Notes: a model not told the origin generated them from the letters alone. A stretch of DNA of 56,391 nt from Phycisphaerales bacterium (GCA_028285065.1 JANQQG010000086.1:1-56391); one strand, 5' to 3'; numbered from the stretch's first letter, positions 30,503 through 40,911 are shown. Program-made: numbers and translations.

Positions 30503-31642
30503 ATGCTCGGAACCCGCTCGTGGATCATGTTCGCAGGTTTGGCCGCCGTCCTCGTCGCGCCCCACGCGGCCGCCCAGGACTCGTTCCCCGAGGACTTTTT
30601 CTTCGGGAACCGCCCTGCAACACTGGTCGAGCTCGAGGGCAAGAAGGCCCCGGCGCTCGAGATCGAGACTTGGGAGGGTGAGGAGCTCGACGCTGACGAG
30701 GACAACGTCCTCGAATCGCTGCGAGGCAAGGTCGTTGTCGTCGACTTCTGGGCGACGTGGTGCGGCCCGTGCGTTGCCGCGATCCCGAAGAACATCGAGA
30801 TGGTCGAGGCCTACAGGGACGAGCCGTTCGCGTTCATCGGCGTCCACGATTCGAACAGCGGCTGGGACCGCGCCCCCGGGATGATCCAGGACAAGGACAT
30901 CAACTACCCGGTTGGCAAGGACAAGGACGGGAGCGTTTCGGCGAAGGCGTACAAGGTCGCCTTCTGGCCGACGTACCTCGTCATCGACAAGTACGGGAAG
31001 GTCCGCGGCGCGGGCCTGCGTCCGGACAAGGTCAAGGATGCCGTGGAGATGCTCCTTCAAGAGGAGGGCCCCGCGATTGCATCGTCGTCTGGCGAGGGCG
31101 CGAGCGAGTTCCCCGATGAGTGGTACTACGGCGGCGAGAAGCGTCAGTCGTCGTTGCGCGCGGTCGAAGGCACGTCCGCCACGCCGATCGAAGGTGAGGA
31201 CTGGATCGGCGAGCCGGTCGACCCCGTCGTCCCGGAGCGGCGCGTCGGTGTGCTGCTGTTCGTCTCGGACGATCCGATCTCGAAGCGCATGCTCCGTCGG
31301 GTTCACGCGATGGGCGATCAACTCAAGGCGAACGGGGCCGTGGTTGTCGCGGTGGGCGCGCACGACGCGTCGATCGAGAAGCTCCGCTCGCTGTTCGAAG
31401 CGGGCAAGCTTGAGATGCCGCTCGTGGTCGATTCGAAGGCGGAGGGCGAGGGTGGGATCGGAAAGGCGTTCGGTTCGTACGGCGTCGGCTTTGCGCCGGC
31501 TGCGGTTGTCGTTGATCGGACCGGTCAGGTCCGTGCGGCGGGCCTGAAGGTCGAGCGGCTGCCCGAGGTGGCGCGCAAGCTGATGGCCGAACGGATCACT
31601 GTGACGACGGACGGTGGGGCGACTCCCGAGGGGGGCTCTTGA
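30503..31642 (+). CDS. secreted TlpA/thioredoxin-like protein with two thioredoxin-fold halves
   Basis: AGGAG lies 7 nt upstream of the ATG. Signal peptide WIMFAGLAAVLVAPHAAA. First half has VVVDFWATWCGPCV (CxxC). The second half (VGVLLFVSDDP...) lacks CxxC. Confidence 0.8.
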   Translation: MLGTRSWIMFAGLAAVLVAPHAAAQDSFPEDFFFGNRPATLVELEGKKAPALEIETWEGEELDADEDNVLESLRGKVVVVDFWATWCGPCVAAIPKNIEMVEAYRDEPFAFIGVHDSNSGWDRAPGMIQDKDINYPVGKDKDGSVSAKAYKVAFWPTYLVIDKYGKVRGAGLRPDKVKDAVEMLLQEEGPAIASSSGEGASEFPDEWYYGGEKRQSSLRAVEGTSATPIEGEDWIGEPVDPVVPERRVGVLLFVSDDPISKRMLRRVHAMGDQLKANGAVVVAVGAHDASIEKLRSLFEAGKLEMPLVVDSKAEGEGGIGKAFGSYGVGFAPAAVVVDRTGQVRAAGLKVERLPEVARKLMAERITVTTDGGATPEGGS

Positions 31643-31644
31643 GC

Positions 31645-32655
31645 ATGGCGACGATGACACAGCATTCCAACGGCGTTCCGGTGCTCCCGGACGAGATCGC
31701 TCCCTTCGCCCGTTCGGTCCGCGACCAGGTGTCGCGGACGGTGGTCGGCCAGCAGCGCGTGGTCGAGCGCGTGCTGATCGCGCTCTTGACGGGCGGGCAC
31801 CTGCTGCTGGAGGGGGTCCCCGGGATCGCCAAGACGCTGCTGGTCCAATCGGTGGGGCGCGCGATCGACCTGTCCTTCAACCGCGTGCAGTTCACGATCG
31901 ACCTGCTCCCGTCGGACATCGTCGGGTCGGAGATCCTGGACCAGCGCACCGGTGAGTTCCGGGTGCACAAGGGCCCGATCTTCACGAACCTTCTGCTGGC
32001 CGACGAGATCAACCGCGCGTCCCCGAAGGTGCAGTCGGCGCTGCTGGAGGCGATGCAGGAGCGTCGCGTCTCGATCGGCGAGACGACGCACGACCTGCCG
32101 GCGCCGTTCCTGGTCATCGCGACGCAGAACCCGGTCGAGCAGGCGGGAACGTTCGAACTCCCCGAAGCACAGCTCGACCGCTTCATGCTCCGGCACCGTC
32201 TGAGCTACCCGACGCGCGAGGAGGAAACCGAGGTCGTGCGCAGGAGCCTCGACCTGCGCCTCAAGCGCCGCGGCGATGGCGCGATGCCGATGACTGCATT
32301 CGACGCGATCGGTGACGAGCACCAGCTCGACGTCGCCGATCTGACCAAGGCCATGGAGCAGGTCCAGCAGGTGCACGTCAGCGAGGTCTTCATGCGCGAC
32401 TGCGTCGAGCTCGTCGCCCTGACCCGCTCGCACCCGGACCTCGAGCTTGGGTGCAGCCCGCGTGCGGCCCTCGCGCTCGTGCAGGCCTCGCGCGCCCGTG
32501 CGTTCATCCACGGACGCGACTTCGCGATCCCCGAGGACCTGTTCGCCCTTGCCGAGGACACGATCCTGCACCGTGTGCGTCTGACCTATGACGCGTTGGC
32601 CGAGGGGCGCACGCCCGACGACATCCTGGCGGAGCTGCTCGAGCAGTTGGCCTGA
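31645..32655 (+). CDS. MoxR-type AAA+ ATPase
   Basis: Contains HLLLEGVPGIAKT (Walker A), NLLLADEINRASPKVQSALLEAMQE (Walker B/sensor) and IATQNP.E..GT..LPEAQLDRF. It starts 3 nt after the thioredoxin-like stop; a TTG at 31639 would overlap it. Confidence 0.92.
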   Translation: MATMTQHSNGVPVLPDEIAPFARSVRDQVSRTVVGQQRVVERVLIALLTGGHLLLEGVPGIAKTLLVQSVGRAIDLSFNRVQFTIDLLPSDIVGSEILDQRTGEFRVHKGPIFTNLLLADEINRASPKVQSALLEAMQERRVSIGETTHDLPAPFLVIATQNPVEQAGTFELPEAQLDRFMLRHRLSYPTREEETEVVRRSLDLRLKRRGDGAMPMTAFDAIGDEHQLDVADLTKAMEQVQQVHVSEVFMRDCVELVALTRSHPDLELGCSPRAALALVQASRARAFIHGRDFAIPEDLFALAEDTILHRVRLTYDALAEGRTPDDILAELLEQLA

Positions 32656-32675
32656 TCCGAGGCTGATCACGACCG

Positions 32676-33545
32676 ATGCACGGCGCTACAGCACAGCTCG
32701 GGTCTCCGGAAGAGCTCTCGCACGCGAAGTTCGAGCTTGTCGTGCGCCGTTTGGCCGACGATCTGGCGTACGGTGCGGACACCTCGCTCTTCGTCGGTTC
32801 GGGCCTCGAGTACGCCCAGTCGAGACCGTACGAGCCGGGCGACCCGGTGCGTCAGATCGACTGGCGCGTCAGCGCGCGCGTCGGCAAGGCGTACATCAAG
32901 CAGCACGAGACGCTCAAGCGGACGACCATCAACCTTGTGGTCGATACCTCCGCGTCGATGAGCGTCTCGTCGGGTCCGCTCTCCAAGCACGAGATGGCGA
33001 TCTGGATCGCGAGCGCGATCGGCCTTGTCGGCCAGCGTCGGCTCAGCCCGGTTGCCGTCCTCGGGGCCGGTGAGCGTGAGACGCGGGTCGAAGCGAGCCT
33101 CGCGCGTGCGGACCTGTGGCACGCGATCGAGCCGCTGCGGACGCATTCGTTCACGGAGCGGACGCGCCTGGCGGAGTGTCTCGATCGCCTGTCGGCACGC
33201 ACATCGCGGATGTCGATGGTCGTCGTCATCAGCGACCTGCACGAGCCGGAGTGCATCGGTGCCCTCAAGCGGATCGCCCAGAACCACGACTGCGCCGTTC
33301 TTCACGTTCAGGACCGGGCCGAGCACGGCGCGCTTCGCGCCGGCTTCGTCCGAGTGCGGGAATCCGAGTCCGCCGGCTCGTTCCTCGCCACCGGGCGTAC
33401 CCGCTGGGTCGACCTGGACGCGACGGCTCGTGAGCTGCGCCGCGCCGGCATCGCACACCTCCCGCTTGTGACCGACCGCCCGTTCATCGGTCCGATCCGT
33501 CACTTCTTGAGCACGCGCACCTCTTCGAACAGGCGTCGCGCATGA
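32676..33545 (+). CDS. DUF58 domain protein (MoxR-operon partner)
   Basis: Contains YAQSRPYEPGDPVRQIDWRVSAR.GK.YIKQHE, the typical DUF58 core. Followed by a VWA-like fold region (LVVDTSASM). Confidence 0.85.
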   Translation: MHGATAQLGSPEELSHAKFELVVRRLADDLAYGADTSLFVGSGLEYAQSRPYEPGDPVRQIDWRVSARVGKAYIKQHETLKRTTINLVVDTSASMSVSSGPLSKHEMAIWIASAIGLVGQRRLSPVAVLGAGERETRVEASLARADLWHAIEPLRTHSFTERTRLAECLDRLSARTSRMSMVVVISDLHEPECIGALKRIAQNHDCAVLHVQDRAEHGALRAGFVRVRESESAGSFLATGRTRWVDLDATARELRRAGIAHLPLVTDRPFIGPIRHFLSTRTSSNRRRA

Positions 33546-34378
33546 GTTCAGTCCTCGTCCTGGTCATGGCGACGTTCGCGACCGTCTTGGGTGCGCCCCA
33601 GGATGTGCAGGATGAAGGCGCTGCCGATCGCGGCATCTCGGGGCGCGTGACGTTCACGTCGTCACACGAGGACCTGGACGCTCGGCCCGATCAGGACCTG
33701 TCGTCCCCGCTGCTCGTGCGCGTGCGGCGCACCGGGGGCGAGGGCGACATGATCCGCTACGAGGCGACGTACATCGGCTCGGTCGAGGGGACGTTCGATG
33801 TCGCCGATTTCCTCGTCAGGCGCGGGGGCGGGCCGATCGAGGACGTGCCGCCGTTGGTGGTCAGCATCGCCTCGAACCTCCCCGTCGGTCACGGGACGGA
33901 TGTGTTCGAGGCGCCGGTCGGCATCGAGCCGATCGGGGGCGGGAACCGTCGTCTGCTGATCGCGGCAATCGCGTTGTGGGTCGCTTTCCCGTTCGTGCGC
34001 CTTGGCGTGCGTCTGCTGCGCCGGACTGAAGAGCCGGAGGAGGCGGTCGAGGCCCCGGCCCCGACATTGGCGGATCAGCTCCGTCCGCTCGTCGAGGGCG
34101 CGGCATCGGGGACGCTGAGTGTTGACGAGCGCGCGCGCCTGGAGCTGCTCCTGTTCCGTGCGTGGCGCGAGCGGCTTGAGCTCAGCGACGCCGACCAGGC
34201 GTCGGTGTTGTCCGTCCTGCGCCGCCACCCTGAGTCCAGCCCGTTGGTGACAGCACTCGAGGGTTGGCTTCACGCGCCCGCGCCATCGGTTGACGAGGCG
34301 GAGATCGGCGCGTTGCTGGAGCCGTACCGCTCGCTCGAGACGGTCAGTGCGTCATCGTCGGAAGGGGGCGTCCCATGA
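33542..34378 (+). CDS. signal-peptide plus single-TM hypothetical protein of the MoxR operon
   Basis: ATGA overlap with DUF58. Signal peptide MSSVLVLVMATFATVLGA and a central TM (LLIAAIALWVAFPFVRLGV). Confidence 0.6.
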   Translation: MSSVLVLVMATFATVLGAPQDVQDEGAADRGISGRVTFTSSHEDLDARPDQDLSSPLLVRVRRTGGEGDMIRYEATYIGSVEGTFDVADFLVRRGGGPIEDVPPLVVSIASNLPVGHGTDVFEAPVGIEPIGGGNRRLLIAAIALWVAFPFVRLGVRLLRRTEEPEEAVEAPAPTLADQLRPLVEGAASGTLSVDERARLELLLFRAWRERLELSDADQASVLSVLRRHPESSPLVTALEGWLHAPAPSVDEAEIGALLEPYRSLETVSASSSEGGVP

Positions 34379-35283
34379 CGTTCGCCCATCCGTGGGTGCT
34401 CCTGCTGCTGGTCATCCCGGTGCTGCTGCTCGTCTGGGGCGTGCAGCGCCGTGATCCCGGCGTCGCCGTACCGATCGACCACGGCACGCACGGGAGCAAA
34501 CGCCTCCTCTTCCTGCTGTTGGGGCTCTTCGAGTGCATGCCGGCGCTGGTGCTCGCGGGCGCGCTTGTGCTGCTCGCTGGGCCGCAGTCGCTGCGCCAGT
34601 CGTCGAACGAACGCGTGCTGACGAACATCCAGATCTGCATGGATGTGTCGGGCAGTATGGGCTCCGACGGACGCTACAAGATGGCGAAGGAGGCGATCGA
34701 GGCCTTCACGCTCGAGCGTGAAGGCGACGCCTTCGGGCTCACGCTCTTCGGGTCGCATCAGATCCGCTGGGTCCCGCTCACGACGGATCTCAAGGTGATC
34801 CGCGGAGCGCTCCCGTTCGCCAACCCGCGCTACCAGCCGATCCACATGGTCGGGACACGGATCGGGGCGGCCTTGCTGTTCTGCCGCGACAACATGCTCC
34901 ACGAGGCGGAGGAGGGCGATCGCCTGATCATCCTGGTCTCGGACGGGTTCAGTTCGGACCTGGGCGACGGGTTCGCCGAGCACGACATCGCCGACGAGCT
35001 CAAGGAAGCGGACATCAAGCTGTACCACATCCACGTCGGCACGGATGAGGTGCCGCCGGAAGTGGTCGACATCGCCGATCGCACGGGCGGGGACGCGTTC
35101 GTGGCGCGTGACGAGGCCGGGCTGGCGCAGATCTTCAGGCACATCGACAAGATGCGCCCGGCGAAGTTCAAGCCCGGCGGGACGATGCCGATGGACCACT
35201 TCGCGCCGTTCGCGCTCGCGGCCCTGCTGGCGTTGGGTCTGCACACGCTCGGGCTGCTCGGGATCCGGAGCACACCATGGTGA
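34375..35283 (+). CDS. VWA domain membrane protein (BatA-like)
   Basis: N-terminal TM, MIDAS motif MDVSGSMGS, and a C-terminal TM. ATGA overlap upstream. Confidence 0.85.
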   Translation: MTFAHPWVLLLLVIPVLLLVWGVQRRDPGVAVPIDHGTHGSKRLLFLLLGLFECMPALVLAGALVLLAGPQSLRQSSNERVLTNIQICMDVSGSMGSDGRYKMAKEAIEAFTLEREGDAFGLTLFGSHQIRWVPLTTDLKVIRGALPFANPRYQPIHMVGTRIGAALLFCRDNMLHEAEEGDRLIILVSDGFSSDLGDGFAEHDIADELKEADIKLYHIHVGTDEVPPEVVDIADRTGGDAFVARDEAGLAQIFRHIDKMRPAKFKPGGTMPMDHFAPFALAALLALGLHTLGLLGIRSTPW

Positions 35284-36275
35284 TGCCGCTGGTGATCGGC
35301 CTGATTGCGCTGTTCGTCGCGTTGATCGCCGAGTTGGTGCACGCCCGTCGTGTGTCGCGTGTGCGCCACCTTGCGTTCGGGCCGTCGGGTCGTCCGCGGA
35401 TGTGGGCCAGCACGGCCCCGCTGGCGCGTGTGGTCGGTGTGGGGCTGGCGGCGTGGGGACTGACCGTGCTGCTCCAGCACGAGCCGCGCGAGGTGCAGCA
35501 GCGTCCGACGCGCGAGGCGTCGAAGCACCTGCTGATCTGCCTCGACGTCTCGCCGAGCATGCTCATCGAAGACTCCGGGCCCGGGAGCACGAAGACCACG
35601 CGCGCCGAGTGGGCCGGCGAGGTCATGCAGACCATCCTCGACCGACTCGACATGGAGACGACGCGCGTCACCCTCTTCGCGATCTACACCGACGCGCTGC
35701 CCGTCATGGAAGAGACGTTCGACAAGGACGTGATCTCCAACACGCTCGACGGCCTGCGCATGTACCCCGCGTTCACGCCCGGCTCGACCGATCTCCAGGG
35801 CGGCATCGAGAAGGCCCTGGAGCGCGCACGCCCCTGGCCCAAGAACTCCGCGACGCTCGTCGTCATCTCCGACGGTGACTCATCCGTACGCCCGGCGAAC
35901 CTCGTGATGCCCGTCTCGATCGCCGATACAATCGTGATCGGCGTCGGCGACCCGCATCGGAGCACCATGATCGCCGGTCACAGCTCGAGGCAGGACCCGG
36001 GCTCGCTCAAGCGGCTGGCTGCCCGCATGGACGGAGTCTTCCACGATGCGAACACCAAGCACCTCCCGAGCAAGGTGCTCGACGGATTGACGATGATCCA
36101 GCCACGCCTCGCCGAGTCGCTCGGATTGCGCGAACTCGCGTTGATCGCCAGCGGCCTAGGAGGCATGCTTCTTGCGGGGGTGGGGCCGGCGTTGGTGCTG
36201 GCCGGTTCGCCGCGCCGCCATCGGGTGGGTGGGCCTCGTTCGAACAAGGTCTCACTGATAGGGAGCACATCATGA
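35277..36275 (+). CDS. VWA domain membrane protein (BatB-like)
   Basis: N-terminal TM MVMPLVIGLIALFVALIAEL, MIDAS-like LDVSPSM, and a C-terminal TM. 7-nt overlap with the previous gene. Confidence 0.8.
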   Translation: MVMPLVIGLIALFVALIAELVHARRVSRVRHLAFGPSGRPRMWASTAPLARVVGVGLAAWGLTVLLQHEPREVQQRPTREASKHLLICLDVSPSMLIEDSGPGSTKTTRAEWAGEVMQTILDRLDMETTRVTLFAIYTDALPVMEETFDKDVISNTLDGLRMYPAFTPGSTDLQGGIEKALERARPWPKNSATLVVISDGDSSVRPANLVMPVSIADTIVIGVGDPHRSTMIAGHSSRQDPGSLKRLAARMDGVFHDANTKHLPSKVLDGLTMIQPRLAESLGLRELALIASGLGGMLLAGVGPALVLAGSPRRHRVGGPRSNKVSLIGSTS

Positions 36276-37120
36276 TGAATCGGATTTCATGGGCGGTCTG
36301 GGCAATCGCGCCGGTGTTCTTGCTCGCGTACCACTTCGGTCCGGGCCAGCAGGCGGCGGAACTGGATCAGGCCCACCGGATGCACCAGGCGGCCCTCGAG
36401 CTCGAGCGCGGAGCGCTCGACGTGCAGGCCGACGCGCACCGCACGCACCTCGAAGCGCTCGAAGCGCGCCGGCGTGCGTTCCTCTCCGATAGCGAGGCCG
36501 ACCATGCAGCCGCCGAGGCGGCGTCCGAGGCGGAGCAGGCTGCCTACGCCCTCGCCGCCGACGCGTGGCGCGATGCAGCCGACGCGTACGAGGTGATGGA
36601 GCCGCTGGTCGAAGAGACCGACCATGCCGCCGATGTGGCGTGGGCCAAGGCCAGGGCGCTCGTCCGTGCTGGACAGATCTTCAACGGCATCGACGAGCTG
36701 GAGATCCTGCTCGAGGAGGCGCCCGAGGGCTCGGAGCTTGCGCTCCGCACCCGCCAGGAACTCGCGGCAGCCCACTACTACGGCGCCCGCATCCTCCGCC
36801 TGGAGGGCGAGCCCGCGGAGACGTGGCGTGCGGTGTCCGGCAAGGCGCGTCAGCACTACCGCTTCCTGGCCGAGCAGGCTGAGGAGCAAGGCGAGGGCGC
36901 GTTCGCCCTGGACATGCAGCGCAACGTCGAGCTCGTCCTCGACCTTGAGCAGCAGGACAACTCCGAGGTCCTGGCTCGGGCGCTGCCCAAGCAGTCGCCG
37001 TCGGGCCAGTGCTCGGGTGACCGGCCCTGCAACGCCAAGAGGAAGAACAAGCGTCCGCCGCAGCGTCGTGACGACGGGCGCGGAGCCGGCGGCGCCGGTG
37101 AGATCGGCGCGGGCCACTAA
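36272..37120 (+). CDS. N-terminally anchored helical (TPR-like?) protein of the MoxR/VWA operon
   Basis: ATGA overlap upstream. N-terminal TM (ISWAVWAIAPVFLLAY), Ala/Glu-rich helical body and a basic tail. Confidence 0.6.
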   Translation: MMNRISWAVWAIAPVFLLAYHFGPGQQAAELDQAHRMHQAALELERGALDVQADAHRTHLEALEARRRAFLSDSEADHAAAEAASEAEQAAYALAADAWRDAADAYEVMEPLVEETDHAADVAWAKARALVRAGQIFNGIDELEILLEEAPEGSELALRTRQELAAAHYYGARILRLEGEPAETWRAVSGKARQHYRFLAEQAEEQGEGAFALDMQRNVELVLDLEQQDNSEVLARALPKQSPSGQCSGDRPCNAKRKNKRPPQRRDDGRGAGGAGEIGAGH

Positions 37121-37160
37121 GGGCGCGCTCCATGTCGCAATTCTCGGTTGGAGTCAGGAT

Positions 37161-40100
37161 TTGATTCGCTCAACACCACTGCTTCTCGCGATCGTTGGTG
37201 CGACCCAGACTGTCGCCTTGCCGCTCGCTTCGGCTCAGGTGCGCGCCGCCACGGTGGTGCGCGCCGCCGAGCCCGAGGAGATCGAACTCTCCGACGAGGA
37301 GGTCGCCGAGCTCAAGGAGATGTTCGATCAGCTCCCCGAGGCGGCCCAGGCCGAGATGCGGGCGGTGTACCTGGACATGGGCATCGACATCGATGAGTTG
37401 TTCGCTCGTCTCGAGGGTGGTGCACCAGCCGAGGCCGCACCCGGAGCTCCCGGTAGCCCCCCGGCTCAGTCCCTGCTCCAGTCGGTATCGCAGATGAACT
37501 TCGCGCGCACCCCTGAGTCCGTCCTCGCGGCCCGTGCGCGGCTTGGCCTCGAGCGCACCGAGCTGCCCGCAGCCGATGCCGAGGCGGCGGACCTGGCCGA
37601 GTGGTTGCACCTGCACGTGCTGGCCGGGGAGTGGGAGTCCTTCGAGACCTTCATGCGCGAGCGCGCTGGCGATGATGCCGACGGGATCTACTCGCATGTC
37701 TTGCAGTCGACGAACCAGGGCGAGCCCGCGATCCTGCCCGAGGAAGTGCTCGCGATGGGCGATGCCGCTCCGGAGCTGACCGAGTGGCAGCTTGACGTGC
37801 TGTCGCAGCTTCTCAAGACGGCGGCCAAGAGCTCGAGCACCGGTCCGCTGCTCGAGCAGATCGCCGGTGGAACGAAGATGTTCGGGCCATCGCCGGAGAA
37901 TCGGTCGCGGACCGCCGCGTTCCTTGCTCGCGCCGGGATGATCATCGAGGCCTACGACTACCTCACGCCGCTGGAAGAAGCTCGGGCAGAGCAGAACGCT
38001 CAGGTCATGCTCGACCACGCGGCCTACCACGCCGCCCGGGCCCGCTCGCTGAGCGGTCCGGAGGGCGATCGCGCTCTAACGACGTCGTGGCGCATCTTCT
38101 GTGATACGGCTCTGCTCTCCGACGCACCGTTCGAGAAGCGCCAGGAGGGGATGCGCAGCGCGATCTCGATGCTCTCCGAGATCCCGCCGGCCGTCGGCAC
38201 CGAGTGGCTGACCCGTGTGTTCGAGAACGAGGCACTGGCGCCGGTCGCGCTCCAGGTGATCGCGCTCGAAGGGCTGTCGGCGCGCGACGCGCAGGCGATG
38301 CTGACCATGAAGGAGGCCGTGGACACGCTCCTGACGAACCCGGAGATCGACGTCCAGGTGCTCCGCGTCCCCCTCCGGATGCTCACGATCGGTCTGATCA
38401 ACCAGGCCGAGTCGACGATCAAGGACTACGACAAGGCGCTTGGCTCGGGTCGAGGTGTCAACGGGGGGACGCGTCGCAAGGTGGAGCTGCTCCTGCGGGC
38501 GCTCCCGGACGAACAGTGGTTCTCTGTGATCGACGCGAGCCTCGCCACACGCGCGTACAGGGCGTCCGTCGAGATCGCGCTCCTCGCCGATGAGCCCGAC
38601 GTGGCGCTCGACTTGCTCGAGCAGGCGATCACGCGCTTCCCGGGCGAGAGCGAAGTGCTCGCCGGTGCGTTCCTCGACCGCTGGTCCAGGCAGCTCTCGC
38701 CGGCCGCCAGCCCGGCGATGAACCAGGGCTTCTTCTTCGGCCCGAGCATGCGTGCGCCGTCGGCCCCGCTGACGCGCGGGCGCCAGCGGCGAAACCTCGA
38801 TCGGTTGGTCCGCCTGGTCGACACGCTCGACGAGATCGGCATCGATGCGCGACGCTTCGACAGCATCGTCGTTGCCTTCAAGGCGTGCCACGGGCGCTCC
38901 GAGGCGTTCACCCGCGAGCGCCTCGTCGAGATCCTCGGGCCCGTCGAGGAGCTTGGCCCGAGTGTCGCGGCCTCGATCGCCGGGAACATGCGCTCCTCAC
39001 TCAATGGCGATTGGCGCAACCGACAGGTCCATCAGCAGGCCGGCATGCGTCGGTCGGCTGACGAGATCACGGCCATCGTGTCAGAGGGATACGACCTCGC
39101 CATCGAGCTGATCGATTCGGCGATCCGCCAGGAGCCCGACTCGTGGCGTCACGCCATGATGAAGGCCGCCCTGGCGCATGATCGGTTGCAGTACGCCAGC
39201 CAGCAGCAGCAGGAGTTCGCCGCCTTCAACGAGCACCGGCGGCAGGCGTTCGAGGCCTTCGCCGATGCCGCGGCCCAGTACGGGCGTGCCCTCGAGGAGG
39301 GTCGCGAGCGAGCGAGCTCGGGCGTGTACCCGGTCTGGTTCAATGCTGCGCTCGGCTCGAGCGAGCTGAACTACCTGACGCGTGACGACGTGCTGCTCGA
39401 GGGCAGCGATCGGGACGACCAGATCGACCTGATCCGTCGCTCGATCATGTCGCTCCCGCGCGACGCGGCCGATGAGCACATCGCGGAGTTCGCGCGTGGG
39501 ATCGTCGGATCGCTCGGGCGTTTGGATCCCGAGGTCAAGCCACGCGTGATCAAGCACGCGCGCCGGGTCATCGGGGACCACCCGGCCGGTGCGCCGCTGC
39601 GCCGCCTGGACGAGCTGTACCAGGACCTGGTCAAGGACGAGGTCAAGCTGCGCTTGACGCTGGACGGGAGCGCGAACGTCGGCGACGAGCCGTTCGGTGC
39701 CGTGCTGACGCTCCGGTACACCAACGCCGTCGACCGTGAGACGGGTGGTTTCGCTCGCTACCTCCAGAACAACGTCTGGGCGATGCGCGGCAACCGCGGG
39801 ACGATCGTCAACTACCGCGACCGGCTCCAGGAGTCGCTCGAGACGTCGCTCGGCGACTCGTTCGTCGTCGAGTCCATCGGTTTCTTCGAGTCGATGAACC
39901 CGCCCCGGTCCATCCAGGAGGACGGCGAGCGTGGCTGGCTCGAGAAGCCCGTCGCCTACCTCGTGCTCCGCGCGGTCGATCCCAGCGTGGACCACGTCCC
40001 GCCGCTTCAGATGGACCTGAGCTTCACGGACACCGCCGGACCGGTGACGCTGCCCGTGGTTTCCAACACGCCGCTGATCGACGCGTCTGGCGATGCGGAC

Positions 40101-40907
40101 CCGCGTCCGATGTTCGACGCCGAGGTGATGCAGACCGTCGACGTCCGCTCGATGCACGACGCCGAGCAAGATCGCGCCATCACGCTCGAGATCAGCGTCA
40201 AGGCGCGCGGGCTCGTGCCGGACCTCGACACCCTGCTCGCCGGCGTGCACGACGCGCTCCCCGGGTACCGCGTCCGCGTCGACGACGGCATCGACGCACG
40301 CCCCATCAACGCCATCATGGCGGATCAGTCCGTACAGGACATCTGGGGGTTCGGCCAGCAGGTGGATGAGGACATCGAGTACGCCGTGGCGGACTCCGAC
40401 GGCATCTTCCGCATCACGACCGAGCGGAGCTGGCTGGTCACCTACGAGCCGTCGAATGACGCCCTTGGGAGCGAGTTCGCGCTCCCGAGCGTGAACGGGG
40501 ACGTCGAAGCGACCATCACCTCGATGCAATACGCGGATGCGGACATCGTGCCGGTCACGGCCTCGACCGTCCCCGTCGTGCCGCGAGGCTTCTCGATGCT
40601 GAGCGCAATGATGCTGGCCGTCGGCGCACTGCTCGTCGGCGCGCTGGTGATCGCCCTCGCGTATGTCGTCCGTCGCGGTCGTCTCGCGCCGAACGAGGGC
40701 ACACTGGCGATCCCCGATGACCTGACGCCGACGGGTGCGATCACGATGCTCCAGCGCCTCGAGCCGCGACTCGGTGGCGCGGAGGCCGAGTCGATCCAGC
40801 GTGACATCGAGGAACTCGAGCTGCGCTACTTCGGCCCGAACGCTTCGGAGGAAGCGTCCGACCTCGTGCCGATCGTCCAGCGCTGGGCGAAGGCGGCGAA
40901 TGCGTGA
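37161..40907 (+). CDS. 1248-aa secreted, C-terminally membrane-anchored protein (BatD position)
   Basis: In-frame TTG at 37161 is preceded by GGAG with a 7-nt spacer. It gives the signal peptide MIRSTPLLLAIVGATQTVALPLASAQ. C-terminal TM is MLSAMMLAVGALLVGALVIALAYVV. The upstream 179 codons of ORF 36624..40907 overlap the previous gene out of frame. Confidence 0.7.
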   Translation: MIRSTPLLLAIVGATQTVALPLASAQVRAATVVRAAEPEEIELSDEEVAELKEMFDQLPEAAQAEMRAVYLDMGIDIDELFARLEGGAPAEAAPGAPGSPPAQSLLQSVSQMNFARTPESVLAARARLGLERTELPAADAEAADLAEWLHLHVLAGEWESFETFMRERAGDDADGIYSHVLQSTNQGEPAILPEEVLAMGDAAPELTEWQLDVLSQLLKTAAKSSSTGPLLEQIAGGTKMFGPSPENRSRTAAFLARAGMIIEAYDYLTPLEEARAEQNAQVMLDHAAYHAARARSLSGPEGDRALTTSWRIFCDTALLSDAPFEKRQEGMRSAISMLSEIPPAVGTEWLTRVFENEALAPVALQVIALEGLSARDAQAMLTMKEAVDTLLTNPEIDVQVLRVPLRMLTIGLINQAESTIKDYDKALGSGRGVNGGTRRKVELLLRALPDEQWFSVIDASLATRAYRASVEIALLADEPDVALDLLEQAITRFPGESEVLAGAFLDRWSRQLSPAASPAMNQGFFFGPSMRAPSAPLTRGRQRRNLDRLVRLVDTLDEIGIDARRFDSIVVAFKACHGRSEAFTRERLVEILGPVEELGPSVAASIAGNMRSSLNGDWRNRQVHQQAGMRRSADEITAIVSEGYDLAIELIDSAIRQEPDSWRHAMMKAALAHDRLQYASQQQQEFAAFNEHRRQAFEAFADAAAQYGRALEEGRERASSGVYPVWFNAALGSSELNYLTRDDVLLEGSDRDDQIDLIRRSIMSLPRDAADEHIAEFARGIVGSLGRLDPEVKPRVIKHARRVIGDHPAGAPLRRLDELYQDLVKDEVKLRLTLDGSANVGDEPFGAVLTLRYTNAVDRETGGFARYLQNNVWAMRGNRGTIVNYRDRLQESLETSLGDSFVVESIGFFESMNPPRSIQEDGERGWLEKPVAYLVLRAVDPSVDHVPPLQMDLSFTDTAGPVTLPVVSNTPLIDASGDADPRPMFDAEVMQTVDVRSMHDAEQDRAITLEISVKARGLVPDLDTLLAGVHDALPGYRVRVDDGIDARPINAIMADQSVQDIWGFGQQVDEDIEYAVADSDGIFRITTERSWLVTYEPSNDALGSEFALPSVNGDVEATITSMQYADADIVPVTASTVPVVPRGFSMLSAMMLAVGALLVGALVIALAYVVRRGRLAPNEGTLAIPDDLTPTGAITMLQRLEPRLGGAEAESIQRDIEELELRYFGPNASEEASDLVPIVQRWAKAANA

Positions 40908-40911
40908 GGGA

